Virus record (IMG/VR): IMGVR_UViG_3300028592_000011
Coordinates: 1 to 59,701 of that record
Origin: a virus
Taxonomy: Duplodnaviria > Caudoviricetes
Length of the DNA stretch: 59,701 nucleotides
Reading direction: 5' to 3' (one strand)
In this document: positions 36,842-45,799 of the stretch, in pieces
Position numbering within the stretch: position 1 is the stretch's first letter
Layout of the letters: the number at the start of each line of letters is the position of its first letter
Made by a program: the position numbers and the translations under genes
Notes under the pieces: model-generated
What the model was told of the DNA's origin: nothing
The model's input: only the letters and a program-made list of their open reading frames with translations
The model's database searches: none

Positions 36842-37908
36842 GCCGCGATGTCCTTCGAAAGGTCCATCGCCAGAATCCACTCGATGACCTTGGACGCCGG
36901 CACGTTGTAGTGACGGGTCAGGACGCCGAGCAGTTCATCGTCGGCCGGCTTCTTGATGGAGGCGAGGCGGGCCTGCTCACGCTTGACGCGCTCTTCCTCT
37001 TCCTTGGCCTTGCGGGCCTCGGCCTGCTGGCGCTCGAACTCGGCGCGCTCCGCTGCGAGCTTCGCGGCTTCGGCGTCACGGGCCGCTTTGGCTGCTGCTT
37101 CTTCCTTGGCGATGCGCTTGCGCTCGGCCTCGGCGGCCTGCTGTTGAGCGAGGCGCATCTGGCGTAGTTCCTCGGCCTGCTTCGCCGCCTCGGCATCGCG
37201 AGCAGCCTTCGCCACGCGCTCCTCTTCAGCAAGCCGGGCGCGCTCAGCGGCCTGGCGTTGCTCCTGCTCGGCGCGCAGCTTCGCGAGTTCTTCCCGCTCG
37301 GCCACGATGCGCGCCTGTTCGGCTTCGTGGGCGACGGCAGCGGCGTGCAGCTCGCGGAGCCATGCCAAGCCCTCGGTTTTTGCGGCTTCAGCCCGCTCGC
37401 GGAACTCCTCGAATGACTCATCCACCGCAATGCCTTCCACGTCGCCGATGTGGTCGGCGATCAGCTCAGCGCCCGAAGTAGGGGAGAGCATCCGGTTGCC
37501 CCGCAACTCGGCGACGCGCTCCTGCAGATCGGCCACACGCTTCAGCTCGGCGGCGATCTTGGCTTGCTTCTCGGCTTCGCGTGCGTCGTCCCAAGCATCT
37601 TGCAGCTTCTGCAGACGGTCTTCCTCTGGCTCGATCAGCGCAATAAGGCGCTTCTCTTCGGCGATCACAGCCCGGCTGAACTTCGTCGCTTCGTCACGCG
37701 CTTCCTTGCCGCGGTTCTGAATGTCGACGCGCAGGTTCTTCAGTACCATGCGGGATGAGTGGACCTGCTCACGGCCGTCAACGTTGGTGATGACCGTGAT
37801 ATCTGCAGACTTCGCGGCGAGCTCACGTAACTCATCCTCGGTCTGAGTGAGGACGAGGGCTTTCTTGGCGCGCTCGACGACGGTCAGCGCAGTGGTTTGC
37901 TCGGTCAT
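36838..37908 (-). CDS. Long coiled-coil protein of recombination module
   Basis: E/A/R-rich heptads; ATGA-coupled to exonuclease. Confidence 0.75.
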   Translation of the reverse strand: MTEQTTALTVVERAKKALVLTQTEDELRELAAKSADITVITNVDGREQVHSSRMVLKNLRVDIQNRGKEARDEATKFSRAVIAEEKRLIALIEPEEDRLQKLQDAWDDAREAEKQAKIAAELKRVADLQERVAELRGNRMLSPTSGAELIADHIGDVEGIAVDESFEEFRERAEAAKTEGLAWLRELHAAAVAHEAEQARIVAEREELAKLRAEQEQRQAAERARLAEEERVAKAARDAEAAKQAEELRQMRLAQQQAAEAERKRIAKEEAAAKAARDAEAAKLAAERAEFERQQAEARKAKEEEERVKREQARLASIKKPADDELLGVLTRHYNVPASKVIEWILAMDLSKDIAA

Positions 37909-38549
37909 GCTGCTAACCTCAAAAGTTCTTTGGTTTCCAATCGCACCTCGGCCATGAACCTGTTGGCCTCGGCTTCGTATCCAGCAATGTCGAATTCCGC
38001 GCGCTCCATCGTCACGTAGAACACGCGAAGCTTTTCCGGGAAGTTCGGGTTGTAGCTCATGAAGTGGTGACGCTTGGCGCCAGTGATCCACAACTCATGG
38101 CAGCATTGGTCCATGTACGTCTTCGGGATTTTCTTCCCTTCCATCACGTACGCCATGTGGTTTGCATCGTTCGGGCATTTGATGCTCACCAGCTCTTCGA
38201 AGTCGCCGATGTAGGCATCCAGCGAGCAGCCGTAGTCATGATCCATCGCAAGAAAGCCACTTCTCTGAAGGATCACGCCAGCGAGCGCTTCGAACTTACC
38301 GAAGGCTTCCGGCTCCAGGTCGATGCCGCGTTGCATGTCACGCGAGGTGTAATCGTCTTCCTGAGACTTGCCAGTAACGCGCTCAAGCACCAACTTCGCG
38401 CGTAAGTTAGTACGGCCAGCCGATTCGCCCTTGCCGCTCTTGGGCTTCGACAACATGGCGCTGGCTACCGAGCCAGTAAGCCGTCCGATCCTGGCCGCAT
38501 ACCAAGCCTCGCTCCGCTGCTCGGCGGTGATCTCAATGAAGCGGCTCAT
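37905..38549 (-). CDS. YqaJ/lambda-exonuclease family protein
   Basis: QRSEAW...R.G.LTGS, M.RG..LEP.A, CSLD, IKCP, Y..Q. Confidence 0.9.
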   Translation of the reverse strand: MSRFIEITAEQRSEAWYAARIGRLTGSVASAMLSKPKSGKGESAGRTNLRAKLVLERVTGKSQEDDYTSRDMQRGIDLEPEAFGKFEALAGVILQRSGFLAMDHDYGCSLDAYIGDFEELVSIKCPNDANHMAYVMEGKKIPKTYMDQCCHELWITGAKRHHFMSYNPNFPEKLRVFYVTMERAEFDIAGYEAEANRFMAEVRLETKELLRLAA

Positions 38550-39313
38550 GTCTTCACCTTCGCGGCTTCTTTCTTAACCGCCTCCCACCACGTCACATCG
38601 TGTTGAGTCGCGAAGTCACGCAGTTCCTGCGCGGTCTTGTTCCATGCCTCCTGCAGCTTCTTGAGGCCGCCCTCGGCGGTCGTTCGCATGTGCTTCTGCC
38701 AATCCTTGTAGTCGGCAGGTGCGACGGGCTTACCGGCGGCTGGGTTGCTGGCGCCGTTGCCGTCGTTGTCCTCTCCCTTCATGACGATGTTGAAGATGTC
38801 CAGCGTGAGGTAGCGCCGGCCATAACTTTTGGTTGAGCCAAAGGCGTGCGTAGGCGTCTTGTTGACGTTGCCTTTGATGCCGGCGATGTCGAGCGGAACA
38901 TCGCCGCGATACTTCCGGGTATGCCCAGCCTTGTGAGAGCAATAGCAAATGACACGGATATGGCCTTCCTTCGGGCTGTCTTCTTCATCAAAAGACAAAG
39001 AAAACCCGTGCTTGGTGTAGACCGGCACGGCCGCGTCGCTCAGGGTCTCCAGGCGCGTGTACCATGAGTGCGTCTGCTCGTTCTCGGCGTCGCGCTCGAC
39101 CGCAGGCATCTCCTTCTGGCATGCGGACATAGCATCGTTGAATGCGACCTCGGCATCGCGAGCCACCATCTCCTTATGGTGGGCAAACAGGCGATCCATG
39201 ATCTCCAAGTTGATGTTGGGGTTGGATGCAACCCGCTCGATCACTTGGATCAGCGATGTCGCGCTGCTCAGTGGCTCGGGCTGCGCGACCGGCATTTCAA
39301 CTACGGCGTTCAT
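38546..39313 (-). CDS. ERF-family single-strand annealing protein
   Basis: Y..LE, H..GH, GST.SYGRRY, D.DG. Confidence 0.9.
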   Translation of the reverse strand: MNAVVEMPVAQPEPLSSATSLIQVIERVASNPNINLEIMDRLFAHHKEMVARDAEVAFNDAMSACQKEMPAVERDAENEQTHSWYTRLETLSDAAVPVYTKHGFSLSFDEEDSPKEGHIRVICYCSHKAGHTRKYRGDVPLDIAGIKGNVNKTPTHAFGSTKSYGRRYLTLDIFNIVMKGEDNDGNGASNPAAGKPVAPADYKDWQKHMRTTAEGGLKKLQEAWNKTAQELRDFATQHDVTWWEAVKKEAAKVKT

Positions 39314-39315
39314 CG

Positions 39316-39498
39316 TTAACCTGCCTTCCTGCGAAGAAACTCTGGAATGTGCTCATCGTCTTTGTACGGCTCCAGGTACGCGTAGGGCTTCCCGGCCGTG
39401 CTCTCGATGCGCACGTATGCGTTGTGGCGCTCGCACAGTTCCGCGATCTCAGCGACGGTCATGTGCGGCATGATGATTACGAGTTCGGGCGTGTTCAT
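39316..39498 (-). CDS. Hypothetical protein
   Basis: C-terminal IP.FLR motif; coupled. Confidence 0.55.
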   Translation of the reverse strand: MNTPELVIIMPHMTVAEIAELCERHNAYVRIESTAGKPYAYLEPYKDDEHIPEFLRRKAG

Positions 39499-39683
39499 TC
39501 GGCGATCCTCTTAAACAGAGCCGCGTTCATTTCGAGCAGGGTTCGCAGCGCCGGTTGCCCCGGTCCACAAAGCATCGCTCGCTCTTCATTCATTGAAGCC
39601 GCCATCAGCGCCTCCAGGCGATCGTGCGCCGTGAGCACCTTGGTGCCGTCGCTGCCTGGGAACGTGATGATTTCGGCTGTCAC
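39495..39683 (-). CDS. Hypothetical protein
   Basis: AEIITFP start; RBS. Confidence 0.55.
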   Translation of the reverse strand: MTAEIITFPGSDGTKVLTAHDRLEALMAASMNEERAMLCGPGQPALRTLLEMNAALFKRIAE

Positions 39684-39703
39684 AGTCCTTTCTCCAACCC
39701 TGG

Positions 39704-40090
39704 CTAGGCGGCGTCGGCCGGAATGTTTGCTTCAATCCAGTCGGCGATCTGAGCGAACGACTTGCCTTCGTCGTTCATGAAGGCGAGGTAGTGAGCGACG
39801 GTTGTCTGATACTCGCGCTCTTCGTTCCTGACATCCGCAGTCAAGCCGAGCCGTTGGCGGTCGATTCCCTCGATGAAGTCGTGGCTGCCGGTCGCCATTC
39901 GATGGCCGTGAATGCGGCAAGGTCGATCCTCATCTTTGATTGGCCCTGTCCAGCCGTTTGGCGAGATCACATCCAGCAGCACGCCCAGGCAGCACATACC
40001 GCCCTCTTCGGTACGGAGTACTCCACGGGCTTGTGGGATTTGTCCGCTACGAAGCTTTTCGAGCCACCGCTGTTTGATTTCGGCTTTCAT
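39704..40090 (-). CDS. Conserved phage hypothetical protein
   Basis: W...LRSG...Q..G.L, CCLGV, ND....F..IAD.IE. Confidence 0.7.
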   Translation of the reverse strand: MKAEIKQRWLEKLRSGQIPQARGVLRTEEGGMCCLGVLLDVISPNGWTGPIKDEDRPCRIHGHRMATGSHDFIEGIDRQRLGLTADVRNEEREYQTTVAHYLAFMNDEGKSFAQIADWIEANIPADAA

Positions 40091-40330
40091 GATGTTCTCC
40101 TGAAAAGGTCCAACTTCGTTCGTGTGCGCTGAGGATCAGTCGTTGACGATGGCTTGGAAGAAAGCACCAATGAACGCTGCCCCGATGGAACCCCAGATGA
40201 CCCAGCCCCAACTCTTCACCTCGAGCCCCCAGCCGAACAGCATCACGCAGACGCTGAGGGCCATGGCGATGAACATTCCGAACAAGCTGATTGCGAGTTT
40301 CATTTGTCGTTCTCTCTGAGGGTGCGCAGC

Positions 40331-40543
40331 TCACTTGTCGATTGCGTTGAATGCTTCGACGGCCTTGTCGATGCTGTCAGTGACGTAGGCGCTATTGCCT
40401 CCTGCGCTCACCTCATATTTCACGGTCGTAGTCGGGATCACCGTGACGATTACGCGCAGTCGCTTGCTTCCCTTTGGGCCAGCCGCTGATGCGTAATCGA
40501 ACTCGTGTGTCAAGGATGTTGGGATTTCAAGTTGGTGTATCAT
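40331..40543 (-). CDS. Hypothetical protein
   Basis: GAGG RBS. Confidence 0.55.
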   Translation of the reverse strand: MIHQLEIPTSLTHEFDYASAAGPKGSKRLRVIVTVIPTTTVKYEVSAGGNSAYVTDSIDKAVEAFNAIDK

Positions 40544-40559
40544 CGTTAGGTCCTCTCTA

Positions 40560-40754
40560 TTACTTGCTCGTGCATTCGCAGGGCTCTTCGCATCCATCGG
40601 GAGCATCGCAGGCAGGTACCCATCCTGCGCCTTCGCACTTTGGGCAGTCTTTCTCGGCTCGCGCTTCGATCTGCTCATGGCGTTCACATGGCTTGCAGTA
40701 GTCGTCCATTTGCTTGCCATGCGGGCAGCGTCTCGTGTCATGAATATCGAACAT
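40560..40754 (-). CDS. Cys-rich small protein
   Basis: CPHG, C..C, CPKCEG.G. Confidence 0.5.
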   Translation of the reverse strand: MFDIHDTRRCPHGKQMDDYCKPCERHEQIEARAEKDCPKCEGAGWVPACDAPDGCEEPCECTSK

Positions 40755-40762
40755 CGCACGCT

Positions 40763-41356
40763 CTACACGCTGAGTAGGCTGTCGCGCAGCGCCCTGATCC
40801 AGGCATTACGGTCGTTCGTGCGCTCGACTTCCTCGGCATATGCCTTCTCGTGGTAGGCGACCATGCGGCGCGCTTCGGTGATCTGCTTGGCAAGCCATTG
40901 CGAGCCGGTCAGACGCTCGGGCTCGGTGATGTATTTCTCGTTGCAGTCCCAGTCGATGCTCTCCCTGATCTGATCGATCATGAACTGCTTGTAGTTCACG
41001 TGATCGGGCGTTGGGGGTTCCCACTTGACGACCTGGGCCAGCATCGCGTTGTACTTGTTGCGAAGGTCGATGTATTCGCGGCGGCGCTCGTTGCAGCGAT
41101 CAACCTCAGCGACGTACGCGCTCTCGGCCGCGCTCGCCGCATCAACAAGGCTCATGGCATCCAAGCGCGCGAGTTCGGCGCGGGCGTCTTCCAGTGCCTT
41201 TCGGTTGTAATCGCTGGGCTCGAAGCGCTCAGGGATCGGGGCGTCTGCCGGATCGTCGCGCATCAGAATCAAGGCGCCGAATGCGCGAGCACAGCCAAGG
41301 GCGTACTGCTCGAACGTGATGCCGTCTTTGATCGGCGCTGTGTATCCAGTGGGCAT
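40763..41356 (-). CDS. Conserved phage hypothetical protein
   Basis: MPTGYT...CARAFGA, W.PPT..H. Confidence 0.75.
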   Translation of the reverse strand: MPTGYTAPIKDGITFEQYALGCARAFGALILMRDDPADAPIPERFEPSDYNRKALEDARAELARLDAMSLVDAASAAESAYVAEVDRCNERRREYIDLRNKYNAMLAQVVKWEPPTPDHVNYKQFMIDQIRESIDWDCNEKYITEPERLTGSQWLAKQITEARRMVAYHEKAYAEEVERTNDRNAWIRALRDSLLSV

Positions 41357-41392
41357 TGCTTATCTCCGACTATCTAATGATTTGTGCGATGG

Positions 41393-42133
41393 CTATGCGA
41401 TGAGCGCCTGCTGGGACATTTGACGCTCCCAGGTTGGCGCGCTGCTGTGAGCTTCGATCCGGCTTGCGATGACGATCGCGCGTTGAGCTGCCGTCGGCGG
41501 CGGATACATGCCGAAGCGTTTTACGCTGCCGCCGTTTACCGCGGCGTTGGTGGAGTCGCCAGAGGAAAGCGGCAGGCGCGTGAATATCTGCATGTCGAGC
41601 ATGCGCAGCCCGTGGAGCTTGCACCGAGGGCGCCCGTGCTTGTCACAGATCACGTCCATGGCTTGACCCATACGAGCCCACCATGCTGGAGTGCCTGGCG
41701 TCGCCCATTGCCCGGACGAACCGAGCGCAACGATCTCGAAGTGGCTGACGAGCCATTCCAGATATTCCAAGCTTTCGTGCATATGCCAGACCGGCACGCC
41801 CTTGATGCGATGGCCCCAGCGCAGCCAGTCGCGCACCCACCGGTAGTTCTGTTCCTCGGTGCCGTCGATAATGTCCGGGATGATTGCCCAATCGAAACAG
41901 GGGTGGCGGTAGAACGTGAGCAGCCATTCGACGTAGCCATCGTAGTCAACCTCACCTTGGCCTTTCTGCCAGATCGGGTACGACGAACAGTCAGTGATGA
42001 TCGATCGGGCCACTTCCAGTGCCACAGGCAGATCATCAGGCCGGGCATACGGGATCAGCACATCACGGCCTTGGATAAAGCGCGCGGGTGCGTCCCTTGG
42101 TCCGCCTATAGGTGTGCCGTGGTAGCACTTCAC
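41393..42133 (-). CDS. TGT-fold / DpdA-like transglycosylase
   Basis: TDCSSY (DxG-like), IPDII, VPVWH, ALGSS, LHGL, SGDSTN in TGT barrel order. Confidence 0.65.
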   Translation of the reverse strand: MKCYHGTPIGGPRDAPARFIQGRDVLIPYARPDDLPVALEVARSIITDCSSYPIWQKGQGEVDYDGYVEWLLTFYRHPCFDWAIIPDIIDGTEEQNYRWVRDWLRWGHRIKGVPVWHMHESLEYLEWLVSHFEIVALGSSGQWATPGTPAWWARMGQAMDVICDKHGRPRCKLHGLRMLDMQIFTRLPLSSGDSTNAAVNGGSVKRFGMYPPPTAAQRAIVIASRIEAHSSAPTWERQMSQQALIA

Positions 42134-42372
42134 GGGCGCGTCGTCCTGATGTCCGTGCCGTGGTGGTGCGCATCCAGCGTTTGAGTCCCGCCAAACTTTT
42201 CGTGCAACTCATCCGCGATTGACTCGTGGTAGTCGCCAGTCTCGAAGTCAGCGACAGCTTGCTGTATGTCTTCGACCATGATCACGTTCTGAGACTCGAT
42301 CGTCAGCCTGTATTCGACCCGCGCCTTTGTCTTCGGGCAGATCGAGAAGAATCGTTGCGTGTAGTAATTCAT
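42130..42372 (-). CDS. QueF-like T-fold protein
   Basis: N-terminal CP, VE, HE...D.L, H.G..I.T; GTGA-coupled to TGT-like gene. Confidence 0.55.
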   Translation of the reverse strand: MNYYTQRFFSICPKTKARVEYRLTIESQNVIMVEDIQQAVADFETGDYHESIADELHEKFGGTQTLDAHHHGTDIRTTRP

Positions 42373-42399
42373 GACTCAACTCTCGATCAGTGCGAAGGG

Positions 42400-42477
42400 T
42401 GGCGAACCGGACGGGATTCGAACCCGCACAAAACGCATTGAAAGTGCGTTCGCTTTGACCAATTTGCATACCGGTTC
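42400..42477 (-). tRNA. tRNA-Glu(UUC) with encoded CCA
   Basis: GAACCGG/CCGGTTC acceptor stem; ACGCA-CT TTC AA-TGCGT anticodon arm; GGTTCGAATCC T-arm; G-CCA end. Confidence 0.88.
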
Positions 42478-42484
42478 ATGTCAG

Positions 42485-42733
42485 TTAAATCCGCGACCGC
42501 AGGAACGCCGCGAGCACGCGAATCACGTCGACGTAATCCTGCGGCGCAGGGTCGAACTTGATGCCGTCGCGATCTGCGATGATCTTGTTGCCTTCAGCAA
42601 TCGCGGCGGCGAGCTGGTAGTCCAGGATCGATGACGTATCGATACCGTTGTCGACGCACCAGTCCAGAACTGCACAGGCGCGCTGCTCAGGGTTGAGGTG
42701 AGACCAGCGGGGAATGTTTGGTGCGGCCATCAC
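42485..42733 (-). CDS. Hypothetical protein
   Basis: Coupled in operon. Confidence 0.55.
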   Translation of the reverse strand: MMAAPNIPRWSHLNPEQRACAVLDWCVDNGIDTSSILDYQLAAAIAEGNKIIADRDGIKFDPAPQDYVDVIRVLAAFLRSRI

Positions 42734-43146
42734 AGCGTCTCCGGGATACGCTCGTCATCGCGCAGCAGTTGAATCAGATCCGCGATGGCTGCAGCCTCAG
42801 TCGGTCCCCAGCCGTAGGCGCCGTCTTCCTCTTCACCGGCCGGGTACGCGCACCAGTCGTGCTCACGGCACGGGATAGGCGGGCAAACGTTGACGGTGAC
42901 GATCGGCTTGCCGAGGTAGCCCTCAGCCAGCGCGCGCTCCGAAAAATCGCCGACTCCTGCAGTCCCGGCAGTCGGCGAACAGGGGGACGAAGAGGCAGGC
43001 CGTTCTACTAGAGGCGGGATACGGCTCATGGGTTGCTGCGGGCCTGTGTCTTCGGGGATCGCGCTGGAAACAGCGGTGCGCTTCGGGAAATCGTTCCTTC
43101 GCTCAAGCGGCAGGAATGCAATGTTGATCAGGTCGAGGGTTTTCAT
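42730..43146 (-). CDS. Hypothetical protein
   Basis: PPIP.R..DW.A ... G.G.TE..AI.DL. Confidence 0.6.
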   Translation of the reverse strand: MKTLDLINIAFLPLERRNDFPKRTAVSSAIPEDTGPQQPMSRIPPLVERPASSSPCSPTAGTAGVGDFSERALAEGYLGKPIVTVNVCPPIPCREHDWCAYPAGEEEDGAYGWGPTEAAAIADLIQLLRDDERIPETL

Positions 43147-43508
43147 GCGGCACCCGTTGCTTTGACGATGGCAGCGCGGGCCTCTTCGAGCATGGGGTGC
43201 GTGACCGTTACGAGCGCCGTATCTTTGAGTGGCTTTGCGTCGTCCCACATCTTCTGGGCGGTGAACACCAAGTTCCGCAACGCCTCCAGCAGATCGGGCG
43301 CGGCGGCGATCAGGCGGGCGTTCGCTTCGGCTTCCAGTTGGTGACAGCCGTGCTCGCCGCGCTGGATTTCTCGCACGGTGTTGAAGTGACACTCGCAGAT
43401 CGACTTCGCGGTGTGCGGATCGTGCGATGTCCAGACGGCAGTGTCTGCGTCGTTCTCGGTGCAGAAGTCGTTGACGACCCAGGGGCCGGGAGTGTGACGA
43501 GCGCTCAT
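43143..43508 (-). CDS. Conserved phage protein (HTPGPW family)
   Basis: HTPGPW ... ANARLIAAAPDLLEAL. Confidence 0.75.
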   Translation of the reverse strand: MSARHTPGPWVVNDFCTENDADTAVWTSHDPHTAKSICECHFNTVREIQRGEHGCHQLEAEANARLIAAAPDLLEALRNLVFTAQKMWDDAKPLKDTALVTVTHPMLEEARAAIVKATGAA

Positions 43509-43738
43509 GACCGCACCATCCAATCTCGCCCCTCGTACTTCATCGGGTCGCGCGAGTTACGCGGATCGCCTGCCAACAGATCGCGCATGAGCTGCGAGGG
43601 GTAGCGCAGCGTGATCAGCGTCAGCTTGGCGCCGGCGAAGATTCCAAACTTCTGCCGCAGCGAGCGGCGGCCGTCATAGACGGGGCGCGCGGTGATGCGC
43701 TCGTGCATGAGCGGCTGTATGGGGAGGTTGGGGATCAC
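43505..43738 (-). CDS. Hypothetical protein
   Basis: Coupled on both sides. Confidence 0.5.
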   Translation of the reverse strand: MIPNLPIQPLMHERITARPVYDGRRSLRQKFGIFAGAKLTLITLRYPSQLMRDLLAGDPRNSRDPMKYEGRDWMVRS

Positions 43739-44175
43739 GGCTGGACCTCGGTGTGCTCAGCGACGAAGCGCTCAATCCAGTCGGCGGCTTCATTCGCCGT
43801 CTTGGCCTCATCAACCAGGAACGGTCCCGTAAGTCCTCGTTCGCGTGCATGGCGGGCGGCGACGTGGCATCCGAAGAACTGGTTGGCTTCGTCCTCGGAA
43901 GAGAATTCGAAGTGATCGAGCACCACCTGATCGTCGTGGGAAACACATTCTCCGTCGCGCAGTTCCGGGCCGGATTCGGTCAGCAGGAATGCAGTTTGCA
44001 GATCCGTGCGATACGCGTAGTGCCCGAAGGCGCACATCGGGGTGTCGCAGTGGCCATAGCTGTACATCGCGAACTTGTCCGGGTTCGGCGATTCCCGCAG
44101 CGCCTTCGCGACATTGAGCAATCGTTCTGCGTTCACTTGGTTTATCTCCCTCGTCCTAGGCCGGCCGATATTCAT
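43735..44175 (-). CDS. Hypothetical protein downstream of tnpB
   Basis: ATG overlaps tnpB stop (ATGA); alternative GTG with GGGAGA RBS; C.T..CA.GH motif. Confidence 0.65.
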   Translation of the reverse strand: MNIGRPRTREINQVNAERLLNVAKALRESPNPDKFAMYSYGHCDTPMCAFGHYAYRTDLQTAFLLTESGPELRDGECVSHDDQVVLDHFEFSSEDEANQFFGCHVAARHARERGLTGPFLVDEAKTANEAADWIERFVAEHTEVQP

Positions 44176-45281
44176 GCCGCCGCCATCGCCAGCGATGACG
44201 AAGACTCGTTCCCGCGCATGGAGGCTCGACACCTGAGCCCGACAGTCAGAATGTTTCTCGCGGCGTTGATGTCGCGATCATGCTTGGCTCCACACTCCGA
44301 GCATTCCCACTGCCTTACAACGAGACCTGTCCGGCCTGCGGGACCCGTGAGGGCTCCGCAGCCGCTGCAGGCTCGCGTTGTGAATCTCTCGTTGACGATC
44401 TCAACCGTTCTGCCGGCGTACTCGCCCTTGTATCGCAGCTGGTCGCGCAGCAGCCCCCACCCAGCATCGAGCACGGACTTCGCCATCCGTGTCTTAGCCA
44501 ATCGAGTGCTACTCACGTCGCCGATGAATATCTGGTCGTACTGGCGCACGAGCAGAGTCGAAAACTTGTGCATGGAGTCGCGGCGCTGATTTACGGCGCG
44601 GCGATGCAACCGCTTAGCCTGACGCCTATGGCCGCGGCGTTGTGCCTGAGCGATCTTGATTTCCAGTTGACGGTAGTGGCGCCCCTCAAGGCGGTCACCG
44701 TCACTGGTCACGGCTGTATCCTTGCAGCCCAGATCAATCCCCACTGCCTCGCGCTCTGGCGCTGTCTGCTCGATCTGTACTTCCACAGGGATGCACAGCC
44801 ACCACGTACCGCAGGCGTCTTGTGCGAAACAGCCATCGCGAAACCGCACACCATCCAGTCGCTCGCGCTCGAACACGCGGAATGACTTCCCACAGAAACG
44901 GATTCCAGCGCCTTTGCGCTTGATGGTGACGGCCTTGAACGGCACCCAGCCGAGACTACGACGCGCGCCACGACTCACGCGCCAGCGAAGACGTGGGCGC
45001 TTCGCGATCCGCCGCTTTGCGGCGTACTCGCAGTTGATGCGCTGGATTGTGTCGGCCCCGATGTGTTCGAAGTACTCAGACGCACCGGCGCTCAAATTGC
45101 ACAGATCGAAACCGCTCAGCCACTTGGCGTTTGCACGACGGTTGCGATCCGCTGCATCGATGCTGGTGGCATTGGCCCAATTCCAAACATCGTTGCATTC
45201 GATGGCGGCCGCATTCAGCCACGCATACGCATTAGTCTGCACCTTGAGTCGCAGAGTGCGCGTGAGCGAGGCGGTGTGCAT
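44172..45281 (-). CDS. tnpB: TnpB-family RNA-guided nuclease, rearranged RuvC-II, no transposase
   Basis: VGIDLG, IFIGD, VNERFTTRACSGCG, WECSECG..HDRDINAARNI. Confidence 0.92.
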   Translation of the reverse strand: MHTASLTRTLRLKVQTNAYAWLNAAAIECNDVWNWANATSIDAADRNRRANAKWLSGFDLCNLSAGASEYFEHIGADTIQRINCEYAAKRRIAKRPRLRWRVSRGARRSLGWVPFKAVTIKRKGAGIRFCGKSFRVFERERLDGVRFRDGCFAQDACGTWWLCIPVEVQIEQTAPEREAVGIDLGCKDTAVTSDGDRLEGRHYRQLEIKIAQAQRRGHRRQAKRLHRRAVNQRRDSMHKFSTLLVRQYDQIFIGDVSSTRLAKTRMAKSVLDAGWGLLRDQLRYKGEYAGRTVEIVNERFTTRACSGCGALTGPAGRTGLVVRQWECSECGAKHDRDINAARNILTVGLRCRASMRGNESSSSLAMAAA

Positions 45282-45324
45282 TCAAACTCTCCCAGTTGGC
45301 CTAGGCCGGGTGGCTTCGGTGTGG

Positions 45325-45672
45325 TTACTTCGAAAGCTTCTCGATCTCGGCCTGCAGCACAGGCTTCGCGTTCACGACCAAGTTGTAGTAGTGAGTTGCG
45401 AGCTGGAACGTGGAGCCGATCGTTGAGGGAAGCTCGGCGTCGAATGCGTCGAGCATCGCGGCAAGCTTGGTGCGCAAGCCGTGGTTGCTTCTTTGATCGC
45501 TGCGGCCGGCGTAGTAGGCGATTGCGGCAGGAACCGACATCGCAAGGAAGATCGTCAGCGGCGTGGTCCAGCCAGTGATCTCGCCGCACGAGTCCGTGTC
45601 GCCGACCAGGCCGACCGAGATCAGGGTCGTTGAGACGATGATGCTGGCAGTGGCAAACAGAGCTTTGTTCAT
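45325..45672 (-). CDS. Membrane protein, first gene of PL operon
   Basis: Two hydrophobic segments; directly downstream of PL. Confidence 0.65.
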   Translation of the reverse strand: MNKALFATASIIVSTTLISVGLVGDTDSCGEITGWTTPLTIFLAMSVPAAIAYYAGRSDQRSNHGLRTKLAAMLDAFDAELPSTIGSTFQLATHYYNLVVNAKPVLQAEIEKLSK

Positions 45673-45711
45673 CTTGCTTCCCCGGTGCGGTTTTGGCGTC
45701 GGCGTGGAAGC

Positions 45712-45755
45712 ATCATCTTGCACGCACGTAAGGATGTCAATACATCAACGCAAGA
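45712..45755 (-). promoter_or_regulatory. PL promoter with two operators
   Basis: TTGACA-17-GATGAT; operators TCTTGCGTTGATGTA and CCTTACGTGCGTGCA. Confidence 0.75.
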
Positions 45756-45799
45756 TTTTACGCGCTCGTGCGCAGGCAGGGATTCGGGTGCACGGGCAC

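Noticed and set aside
44172-45281. Nuclease-dead TldR call based on the missing RuvC-II Glu
   Set aside because: A compensating Glu before the Zn finger and both Asp residues are present
44172-45324. Complete IS200/IS605 or IS607 element
   Set aside because: No tnpA or serine recombinase and no recognisable subterminal ends
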